Assembly: GCA_043824255.1 (NCBI GenBank)
Contig: JBDRTG010000027.1
Coordinates: 32,001-96,000, forward strand
Direction: 5' to 3'
Origin: a bacterium
GTDB lineage: Bacteria > JAHJDO01
Length of the DNA: 64,000 nt
Position numbers and translations under genes: made by a program. Positions 48,214-56,061 of the stretch are shown piece by piece (position 1 is the first letter of the stretch; each line of letters begins with the position of its first letter). A model generated the notes under the pieces. That model did not search any database. It was not told the DNA's origin and worked only from the letters and a program-made list of their open reading frames with translations.

Positions 48214-48303
48214 AGGATTAAGGATTAAGACGCTTCGCTCTAAGGATTAAGTTTGAAGTGTGCGGTGTTTTTACTTAATTCTTAATCCTTACAACTTAAC
48301 ACT
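48214..48303 (-). mobile_element. Second MITE-like copy of the family A element
   Basis: First 42 nt identical to 46959-47000; the remainder differs by a few substitutions and a 1-nt indel. Confidence 0.75.
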
Positions 48304-48310
48304 GGAAATT

Positions 48311-48916
48311 ATGGAAAATAGGTTATTGGTTTTTATTTCAAATGTGGTTTTTATTATGTTGGCGTTTTGCCAGCATGCTTTTGCCGTTAGTAAAATTGAA
48401 AGATTCGTAATAGAGCATCCTGTAGGGGTATTTTTCTCAATTATAGGGCCTGTAGTAGGCGCTTTATTTATTTATTGGATAGTTCTTTACATATTCCATT
48501 TTGGCAAAGCAGAAATAGATATTGTTAAAGAAAAAAAAGAACGGTTGAAGATAGATGAACAAAAGCACGAATTATTCACTGAAATTCCTGAAGGGAGTGT
48601 TGAACAAGACCTTTCCCTGCCTTCTGCCAGATTAATTGCTAGAAGTCAGCATGGGTTTTTAAAAGAGCATAAATTGCACTCTGATAAAGAATTTTCTATC
48701 GGAAGGAGCGATACCTGTAACATTGCGATTAAGGAACCCAGGGTATCCAGGCTTCATGCAAAAATCAGGCCTGAAAAAGAGGGATACCTTCTCTATGATT
48801 TGGTTAGTAAGGGAGGAACCAGGGTTAATGCTGTAAAGATAAGGAGACATCGTCTTAGACATAATGACAGAATTGGAATAGGATATACAGAAATAATATT
48901 CAAGTTAGAGGTATAA
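48311..48916 (+). CDS. Membrane-anchored FHA-domain protein
   Basis: Signal/TM segments, then IGRS..C.I.I....VSR.HA.I......L.DL.S.GGT.VN, L..NDRI.IG. The track start 48260 lies in the repeat. Confidence 0.85.
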   Translation: MENRLLVFISNVVFIMLAFCQHAFAVSKIERFVIEHPVGVFFSIIGPVVGALFIYWIVLYIFHFGKAEIDIVKEKKERLKIDEQKHELFTEIPEGSVEQDLSLPSARLIARSQHGFLKEHKLHSDKEFSIGRSDTCNIAIKEPRVSRLHAKIRPEKEGYLLYDLVSKGGTRVNAVKIRRHRLRHNDRIGIGYTEIIFKLEV

Positions 48917-48935
48917 TTATAGTGGAGGCGAGAAC

Positions 48936-49805
48936 ATGTTTGAAGGGTCAATAGTTGCAATAGTTACACCATTTAAAGATGATAAGATTGACGAACAGAG
49001 ATTATCAGAGCTTATTGAGTTTCATATTTCAGAGGGCACAAGCGCAATTCTTCCATGCGGATGTACAGGAGAGGCAGCTACGCTTACTCACAAAGAGCAG
49101 GAATACATGATAAAATTAGTTATTGATATTGTTGAGAGGAGAGTCCCTGTGATTGCCGGAACAGGTTCAAATAGCACTGAAGAAGCTCTGGCGCTTACAA
49201 AATCTGCTAAAGGCGCTGGGGCAGATGGAGCCTTGCTGATTACTCCATACTATAATAAACCAACTCCCAGTGGACAGTACTTGCATTATGAGAAGATAGC
49301 AAAGGCAGTGGATATCCCTATCATACTGTATAATGTGCCTTCAAGAACAGGCATAAGCATTCTGCCTCAAACAGTTGCTGAACTTTCAAAGATTGATAAT
49401 ATTATTGGTATAAAGGAAGCAAGCGGGAGCTTGGATCAGGTCAGTGATATAATAGATCTGTGTGACATAACTGTTCTTTCAGGAGATGACGCTCTAACCT
49501 TGCCTATGATGGCGCTTGGAGCAAAAGGAGTAATATCAGTCGCAGCAAATGTAGTTCCAAAGCATATGGCTATGATGGTAAAGAGTTTTTTGAATGGTAA
49601 TTTAGAAGAATCCAGAAAAATTCATTTTAACTTGTTTCCGCTGTTTAAGGCATTATTCTATGAAACAAATCCAATACCTGTAAAAACAGCTCTTGGAATG
49701 ATGGGGAAGATTAGCCCTCAATTAAGACTACCTCTCTGCGAAATGAATAAGGAAAACACAGGAAAATTGAGAAGAGTATTGACTGACATAGGAGTTTTGT
49801 CATGA
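48936..49805 (+). CDS. dapA: 4-hydroxy-tetrahydrodipicolinate synthase
   Basis: GCTGE, PYYNKP, LYNVPSRTG, GIKEASG, ETNPIPVK. Confidence 0.95.
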   Translation: MFEGSIVAIVTPFKDDKIDEQRLSELIEFHISEGTSAILPCGCTGEAATLTHKEQEYMIKLVIDIVERRVPVIAGTGSNSTEEALALTKSAKGAGADGALLITPYYNKPTPSGQYLHYEKIAKAVDIPIILYNVPSRTGISILPQTVAELSKIDNIIGIKEASGSLDQVSDIIDLCDITVLSGDDALTLPMMALGAKGVISVAANVVPKHMAMMVKSFLNGNLEESRKIHFNLFPLFKALFYETNPIPVKTALGMMGKISPQLRLPLCEMNKENTGKLRRVLTDIGVLS

Positions 49806-50608
49806 TTAGTGTAATTGTTAATGGTGCGTGCGGAAAAATGGGCAAGAGAATAATTGCTCTCTTGTCCATGCAAAAAGATTTAGATCTTTGCGGAGCAGTT
49901 GAAATGTCATCTCATCCTGATATAGGAAAAGATGCTGGTGTAGTGGCAGGCATTGATAAATCAGGCGTAAAGGTGAGTTCATGTATTAAGGACATTATAA
50001 AGGATACAGATGTTGTGGTTGATTTTTCATCTGCAGAGGGAGCTCTTGATTCTGCCAGGATCTGCGCAAAGTATAAGAAAGCGTTAATTGTCGGCACTAC
50101 CGGGTTGAGCGTTGAAGCGTTATCTGAGATAAAAAGCATCTCTCGTATAGTTGCCTGTCTTGTTTCTTCAAATATGAGTGTTGGTGTTAATCTTTTGTGT
50201 AAACTTGTTGAGCAGGCGTCAAGCATATTAGGAGATGAATATGACGTGGAGATTATAGAGGCTCATCACAGGTTTAAGAAGGACGCTCCAAGTGGTACGG
50301 CAAAAACTCTTGCTGAGATTATTTCAAAAGTGATGGGTAAACAGCTTGAGGATATGGCTGTCTATGGCAGAAGAGGATTCGTTGGAGAAAGAAAGCGAAA
50401 TGAGATTGGAATACATGCTGTTAGAGCAGGCGATATAGTCGGAGAGCATACAGTTATATTTGGAGGAACTGGCGAAAGAATAGAACTAAAGCATATCGCT
50501 ACCACAAGAGATACATTTGCACAGGGAGTTATTAAAGCAATAAAATTCATTAGCACCCAAAGAGCAGGGCTCTATGACATGAAAGATGTATTGTGTGTAT
50601 ATATTTAA
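49802..50608 (+). CDS. dapB: 4-hydroxy-tetrahydrodipicolinate reductase
   Basis: GACGKMG, VGTTG, EAHHRFKKDAPSGTA, GDIVGEH. Confidence 0.95.
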   Translation: MISVIVNGACGKMGKRIIALLSMQKDLDLCGAVEMSSHPDIGKDAGVVAGIDKSGVKVSSCIKDIIKDTDVVVDFSSAEGALDSARICAKYKKALIVGTTGLSVEALSEIKSISRIVACLVSSNMSVGVNLLCKLVEQASSILGDEYDVEIIEAHHRFKKDAPSGTAKTLAEIISKVMGKQLEDMAVYGRRGFVGERKRNEIGIHAVRAGDIVGEHTVIFGGTGERIELKHIATTRDTFAQGVIKAIKFISTQRAGLYDMKDVLCVYI

Positions 50609-51075
50609 GTCTTGGTTCAAATATAGGAAATCGCAAGGCGAATATTCAGGAAGCTATTCGGCTCTTGTCTCAAAACCAGCAGATTGAGGTCAAGAAGTGT
50701 TCTTCGTTTTATGAAACAAGTCCTGTTGGCATAGAGAAACAGCCGTGGTTTGTGAATTGTGCAGTTGAAGTTGAGACAGATATTGAGCCTGAAAACTTAT
50801 TGAAGATCATTAAAGATATTGAACTTTCCATAGGAAGAGAGCATTCCTTTGTTTGGGGTCCTCGGGAAATAGATATAGATATAATTTTTTTTAAGGATAT
50901 TGTTTTGAATGAACAGGTTTTGAAAATTCCTCATTCTCAAGCGCACAGGAGAGCATTTGTACTGGCTCCTTTAACTGAGATTGTTGAGGATTTTATACAT
51001 CCTCTTCTTGGAAAGTCTGTGAAACAGTTGCTGAATGAGATAACAGAAGAACAAATTGTTAGGAAAATAGGGTAA
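50593..51075 (+). CDS. folK: 2-amino-4-hydroxy-6-hydroxymethyldihydropteridine diphosphokinase
   Basis: LSLGSNIG, WGPREIDIDI, IPH...RAFVL.P. Confidence 0.93.
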   Translation: MCIYLSLGSNIGNRKANIQEAIRLLSQNQQIEVKKCSSFYETSPVGIEKQPWFVNCAVEVETDIEPENLLKIIKDIELSIGREHSFVWGPREIDIDIIFFKDIVLNEQVLKIPHSQAHRRAFVLAPLTEIVEDFIHPLLGKSVKQLLNEITEEQIVRKIG

Positions 51076-51732
51076 ATGTTAGAAGGGAAGTATATTGTTG
51101 TTGAAGGCACTATTGGTGTAGGAAAGACTTCTCTTGCTAGAGAGCTGTCAAAAGAGATTAATGGGAAACTAGTTCTTGAGAAAAGTGAAGAAAATCCATT
51201 TCTGGAGAAGTTCTATGGGAATGCAGAAGAATATGCCTTTCAAACGCAGATTTTCTTTCTTCTCTCACGATATAGTCAGCAACAAAAACTGTTGCAACGA
51301 GAGCTTTTCAAAAGGGCTGTTGTGTGTGATTATTTATTCACAAAGGATAGAATATTTGCGTATCTTAATCTTAATGAAGATGAATTGGTATTGTATAATC
51401 ACCTTGAGCCTTTACTAGCTAAGAGGATTCCTGCACCTGATTTAGTAATATATCTTCAGGCATCTACCTCAGTTTTGATTCAACGCATAAAAAATAGAAG
51501 AAAGCAATATGAAATAGGAATTTCCCAGACATATATAGAAGAGCTTAATAAAGCGTATAACCATTTCTTTTTTCTATATAAGGACAGCCCGTTGCTTTTT
51601 GTGGATACAGACCGGATAGATTTTGTTCATAGCAAGATAGACCTTAGTGATTTAATTAAAACAATAAAAGACATGCGAGGAGGCACTCAATACTATAAAC
51701 CTGTTTCCTCAGATATATTTACAAAAATGTAA
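51076..51732 (+). CDS. Deoxynucleoside kinase
   Basis: VEGTIGVGKTSLA, NPFL..FY, QIFFLLSR, PDLVIYLQA. Confidence 0.9.
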   Translation: MLEGKYIVVEGTIGVGKTSLARELSKEINGKLVLEKSEENPFLEKFYGNAEEYAFQTQIFFLLSRYSQQQKLLQRELFKRAVVCDYLFTKDRIFAYLNLNEDELVLYNHLEPLLAKRIPAPDLVIYLQASTSVLIQRIKNRRKQYEIGISQTYIEELNKAYNHFFFLYKDSPLLFVDTDRIDFVHSKIDLSDLIKTIKDMRGGTQYYKPVSSDIFTKM

Positions 51733-51748
51733 TATTTATAAGGATAAT

Positions 51749-52546
51749 GTGATGAAGAAAACAGCTGTAGTAATTCGAAGTATGAAAGGAAGAAAAAAAA
51801 TTGTTGCGCTTACTTCTTATAATTATTGGATGACAACAATTATTAACCAGGTAGATATTGATTTGATTCTTGTTGGTGATTCGCTTTCATCTATGATTCT
51901 CGGATACAAGGATACTATACCAGTGACAATGGATGAAATGATACATCATACCAAAGCTGTATCGAGAGCTAATCCAGATTCGTTACTTGTTGCAGATATG
52001 CCATTTATGTCGTATCAGGTGAGTCAGGAGAAGGCTTTGGAAAATGCAGGTAGATTTATAAAAGAGGCAGGAGCTGAGGCAGTTAAACTGGAAGGAGGAA
52101 AGCAGATAAAAGATACTGTATATAGGATTGTTCAAGCAGGGATTCCAGTGCTGGGTCATATAGGTCTGACCCCTCAATCAATTCATCAGATCGGGGGATA
52201 TAGAGTTCAAGGAAGGGACCCCGAGAGAGCTAAGAAGCTCCTTGAAGATGCTTTGCTGCTTGAGAAAACAGGGGTTTTTGCCATTGTTCTTGAATGTGTT
52301 CCGTATGCACTCGCAAGGGATATAACAAAGAAACTTCATATCCCGACTATTGGGATTGGAGCAGGTCCGTACTGTGATGGACAGATATTAGTAACACACG
52401 ATATGCTGGGCTTAAAGGGAGGACATGTTCCAAAATTTGTTAAACAGTATGCTAATTTGACAGAACAGATCACAAAAGCACTTGAGGACTATAAAAAAGA
52501 TGTAACTGCAGGAAAGTTCCCGGATAAAGAGCATAGTTACAAATGA
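51749..52546 (+). CDS. panB: 3-methyl-2-oxobutanoate hydroxymethyltransferase
   Basis: LVGDS, ADMPFMSY, VKLEGG, GHIGLTPQ, IGIGAG..CDGQ.LV.HD. Confidence 0.95.
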   Translation: MMKKTAVVIRSMKGRKKIVALTSYNYWMTTIINQVDIDLILVGDSLSSMILGYKDTIPVTMDEMIHHTKAVSRANPDSLLVADMPFMSYQVSQEKALENAGRFIKEAGAEAVKLEGGKQIKDTVYRIVQAGIPVLGHIGLTPQSIHQIGGYRVQGRDPERAKKLLEDALLLEKTGVFAIVLECVPYALARDITKKLHIPTIGIGAGPYCDGQILVTHDMLGLKGGHVPKFVKQYANLTEQITKALEDYKKDVTAGKFPDKEHSYK

Positions 52547-53385
52547 AGATTGTTAAGACTGTTCAGGATATGCAGCAATTATCTAAGAGAGTAAAAATCC
52601 ATAATAAAAGCATTGGTTTTGTTCCAACAATGGGGTATCTTCACAACGGGCATTTGAGTCTTATACATAGAGCAAGAAAGGGTTGTGATATTGTAGTTAT
52701 GAGTATATTTGTGAATCCAATGCAGTTTGCCCCAGCAGAAGATTTAAAGAAATACCCGAGAGATTTTGGTATGGACAGGAAACTGGCAGAAAAGGCGGGA
52801 GTGGATGTTATTTTCTATCCAGATACGAAGCATATCTATGTTAAAGGTTTTTCCACCTTTGTTAGTGTTGAAAATATGGATAAAATCTGGGAAGGGAAAA
52901 CAAGACCTGCGCATTTTAGAGGAGTATGCACTATTGTCGGGAAACTTTTCAACATTGTAGACCCTGATATTGCTTATTTTGGCCAAAAAGATGCTCAGCA
53001 AGTCGCAATTATTAAAAGGATGGTAAAAGACCTGAATTTTAACATAAGGATTGTTGTTGTGCCCACTGTTAGAGAAAAGGATGGTTTGGCAATGAGTTCA
53101 AGGAATAAATATTTATCTTCTGAGGAAAGAAAAGGAGCGCTGGTATTATACAGGTCTTTACAGGAAGCAGAGGAAATGATAAAGAATGGAGAAAAAAAAT
53201 CTGATAATGTGTTAGAATATATGAGGAGTGTGGTAAAAAAAGAGAGATTGGTGCACTTGGATTATGTGGGCATAGTCAATCATGAGGATTTTTCACCTGT
53301 TTCTGAGATTTCAAAAAACAGTTTAATTATAATCGCTTGTCGTATAGGCAAGACAAGGCTTATAGACAATTTTTTATTGATATGA
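52543..53385 (+). CDS. panC: Pantoate--beta-alanine ligase
   Basis: FVPTMGYLHNGH, RPAHFRGV, FGQKDAQQ, GLAMSSRN, RLIDN. Confidence 0.95.
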   Translation: MKIVKTVQDMQQLSKRVKIHNKSIGFVPTMGYLHNGHLSLIHRARKGCDIVVMSIFVNPMQFAPAEDLKKYPRDFGMDRKLAEKAGVDVIFYPDTKHIYVKGFSTFVSVENMDKIWEGKTRPAHFRGVCTIVGKLFNIVDPDIAYFGQKDAQQVAIIKRMVKDLNFNIRIVVVPTVREKDGLAMSSRNKYLSSEERKGALVLYRSLQEAEEMIKNGEKKSDNVLEYMRSVVKKERLVHLDYVGIVNHEDFSPVSEISKNSLIIIACRIGKTRLIDNFLLI

Positions 53386-53396
53386 TAGCATAACGA

Positions 53397-53622
53397 AAAT
53401 TTTTAATTTCTAATTTTAAATTATTAATCAATTTTTTAATGCCTTAATGCTTAATTATAACTATAGTGAACAGTGATGGGTGAGCGGTGATGAGTGATGG
53501 GTACAAATGCATGAATAAAAAGTCCCCCTTTGAAGGGGGATTCAGGGGGATGTTGAGCAGGTACTTAGAAATTGTGGAATTTAGAAATTCATTGGAAATT
53601 AGTAATTGAAAATTAAGAATTT
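53397..53622 (+). repeat. Composite insert: family B arms enclosing GTGATG(A/G) heptads and a TCCCCCT/AGGGGGA hairpin
   Basis: Left arm AATTTTTAATTTCTAATTTTAAATTATTAATCAA..TAATGC; right arm AATTTAGAAATTCATTGGAAATTAGTAATTGAAAATTAAGAATT. Confidence 0.75.
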
Positions 53623-53647
53623 AGTCTTTTAACAAGGGGGTTTTATT

Positions 53648-54502
53648 ATGCAAGTTTATATTGATGGAAAATTCTTTCCAACATCAAAGGCCAATATTTC
53701 TGTATATGATCATGGGTTTTTGTACGGAGACGGAGTTTTTGAGGGAATCAGGATATATAATGGCAATATCTTCATGCTGGATGAACATATAAACAGGCTT
53801 TATGATTCTGCAAAGGCGATCAGATTAAAAATACCATTATCAAAGACCGAAATCAAAGGTGCTGTTAAGCAAGCTCATAGAGTTAACGGATTGAAGGATG
53901 GGTATGTAAGATTGCTGATAACAAGAGGTGTAGGGGATTTGGGTATTGATCCAAGAAAAAGTCCTAAACCATCAATTGTTATTATTGTTAACAAAATAGC
54001 TCTTTATCCGAGAGAGCTTTATAATAAAGGGATGGAGATTATAACTGCATCTACGCAAAGAACACCTGTCAGTGCTCTGAATCCTCAGATAAAATCCATG
54101 AATTATCTAAATAATATTCTTGCCAAGATTGAAGCGGTAAATGCTGGTGCTAACGAAGCGCTAATGCTGAATTCCTCTGGCAATGTTGTTGAATGCAGCG
54201 GGGATAATATATTTATATATAGGAACGATACTCTTATTACTCCGCCTACATCTATTGGCGCATTGGACGGGATTACAAGAAGAATAGTTATGAAGCTTGC
54301 TGAGCGGGAAGGTTTGAAGGTTAAAGAACTTATTTTTTCAAGACATGAAGTCTATACTTCTGATGAATGCTTCTTGAGCGGAACAGCAGCTGAGCTTATT
54401 CCTGTAGTAAAAGTTGATGGAAGAGAGATAGGAAACGGAAAGCCCGGGAAAATCACAGCGCTTCTAATAAACAAGTTCAAGAAATTTACCGGAGAGAACT
54501 AA
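53648..54502 (+). CDS. ilvE: Branched-chain amino acid aminotransferase
   Basis: DHGFLYGDGVFEGIR, KSMNYLNN, ECSGDNIF, LDGITR, GTAAE. Confidence 0.93.
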   Translation: MQVYIDGKFFPTSKANISVYDHGFLYGDGVFEGIRIYNGNIFMLDEHINRLYDSAKAIRLKIPLSKTEIKGAVKQAHRVNGLKDGYVRLLITRGVGDLGIDPRKSPKPSIVIIVNKIALYPRELYNKGMEIITASTQRTPVSALNPQIKSMNYLNNILAKIEAVNAGANEALMLNSSGNVVECSGDNIFIYRNDTLITPPTSIGALDGITRRIVMKLAEREGLKVKELIFSRHEVYTSDECFLSGTAAELIPVVKVDGREIGNGKPGKITALLINKFKKFTGEN

Positions 54503-54503
54503 A

Positions 54504-55001
54504 ATGATCTGTCAGATTTGCAATGAACAGCAGGCGACGGTTCATTATACAGAGATTATCAGTAATAAAGCAGTAGAGCTGCATCTGTGTGAGGATTGTG
54601 CCAGGGAAAAAGAGATAATAGGTCAATCCGGAAATTTTCCCATGGCAGATTTGGTTAAAGGGCTTACAGGTTTTGTAGGGACAGAGGACGAAGAGGAAAA
54701 TCTGAAGTGTGATAATTGCGGTCTTCTATTTTCGGATTTTAGAAGGACAGGGCGTTTTGGCTGCAGCAGATGCTATAGGGCATTTCAAACTGAACTGGAA
54801 CCGCTAATAAAGAGGATTCATGGAAGCGCAAAACATGTTGGAAATGTTGTGCCGGCTAAGCATGCTAAAGAAGCTCAGACTTTATCAAAGATCGAAAAGC
54901 TGAAGATGGAAATGGAGGGGGCTATTCAGCAAGAAGTGTTTGAGAGGGCAGCAGAGATCAGAGATCAGATAAGAAAGCTAGAGAAGGGGATTAAGAAATA
55001 A
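54504..55001 (+). CDS. mcsA: McsA (UVR domain, CxxC) protein-arginine kinase activator
   Basis: Four CxxC motifs and a C-terminal E.FE.AA.IRD.I UVR domain. Confidence 0.9.
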   Translation: MICQICNEQQATVHYTEIISNKAVELHLCEDCAREKEIIGQSGNFPMADLVKGLTGFVGTEDEEENLKCDNCGLLFSDFRRTGRFGCSRCYRAFQTELEPLIKRIHGSAKHVGNVVPAKHAKEAQTLSKIEKLKMEMEGAIQQEVFERAAEIRDQIRKLEKGIKK

Positions 55002-56059
55002 TGTCTGTTGATAAGTTGGTTGGACAGATTGCCAGTTGGCTGCAAAAGGAAGGGCCTCTATCAGACATAGTTGTAAGCAGCAGAGTAAGACTTGCAAGGA
55101 ATTATGATCTGATACCTTTCCCTCATCGCGCTAATAAGGAGCAGCTCAGAGAAGTAGTATCAAAGACAGAGAAAGCTATAAAGAATAGTAAGTATTTAAA
55201 GAATACCTTAATTGTAGATATGTCGGATTTAACAGATATAGATGTTCAGTTTCTGGTGGAAAAACACCTTATAAGTCAGGAGTTTGGAAAGCCAAAATCA
55301 GAGCAGATATTAGTAGTAAGTGATAGAGAGATAATTAGTATAATGGTTAATGAGGAAGATCATTTGCGGCTTCAATGCATACAGCCCGGTTTACAGCTGT
55401 TAGATAGCTGGAGATTGATCAATCAGGCAACATTAGAACTTGAATCACAAGTGGAATTTGCTTTCTCTAAGACATGGGGATATCTAACATCGTGTCCTAC
55501 TAATGTTGGGACAGGCATACGAGCCTCAGTCCTGATCCATCTGCCTGCCTTAGTAATTACCAAGCAAATAGGAAAGGTTCTGCAGGCGGTTGCCAAGCTG
55601 GGTATTGCAATTAGAGGGCTTTATGGAGAAGGGACTGAAGCATATGGAAATTTCTTTCAAATATCTAATCAGGTTACTCTGGGATATAGCGAGGAGGATA
55701 TAATAAATAATATTGAAAGTGTAGTAAAACAAGTTGTTGGTTATGAGGAGAATGCCAGGGCACTAATCATGAAGGAAGATAAAAAAGCTATAGAAGATAA
55801 GATTTGGCGCGCGTATGGAGTGCTTTCAAATGTTAGAATCATTGATTTTCAGGAGACTTTAAACTTGTTGTCTCTCCTGCGATTAGGAATTGGATTGAAG
55901 ATGATAGATAAAATAGATAGAATATTAGTCAATAGAATGTTTATTATTACACAACCGGCGTATCTTCAGAAATTAGAAGGAAGAAAATTGGAGCCTTATG
56001 AGCGTGATATAGCAAGAGCAAATCTTATCAGGAAAAATTTAGAAAGAAGGGGAAAATAA
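55001..56059 (+). CDS. mcsB: Protein arginine kinase
   Basis: SSRVRLARN, NEEDHLR, CPTNVGTG.RAS, RGLYGEG, QISNQ.TLG. Confidence 0.93.
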   Translation: MSVDKLVGQIASWLQKEGPLSDIVVSSRVRLARNYDLIPFPHRANKEQLREVVSKTEKAIKNSKYLKNTLIVDMSDLTDIDVQFLVEKHLISQEFGKPKSEQILVVSDREIISIMVNEEDHLRLQCIQPGLQLLDSWRLINQATLELESQVEFAFSKTWGYLTSCPTNVGTGIRASVLIHLPALVITKQIGKVLQAVAKLGIAIRGLYGEGTEAYGNFFQISNQVTLGYSEEDIINNIESVVKQVVGYEENARALIMKEDKKAIEDKIWRAYGVLSNVRIIDFQETLNLLSLLRLGIGLKMIDKIDRILVNRMFIITQPAYLQKLEGRKLEPYERDIARANLIRKNLERRGK

Positions 56060-56061
56060 AG

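Noticed and set aside
48260..48310. Extended N-terminus of the FHA protein from GTG 48260
   Set aside because: It lies inside the family A repeat; ATG 48311 directly precedes the signal-like segment, though use of the upstream start cannot be excluded.
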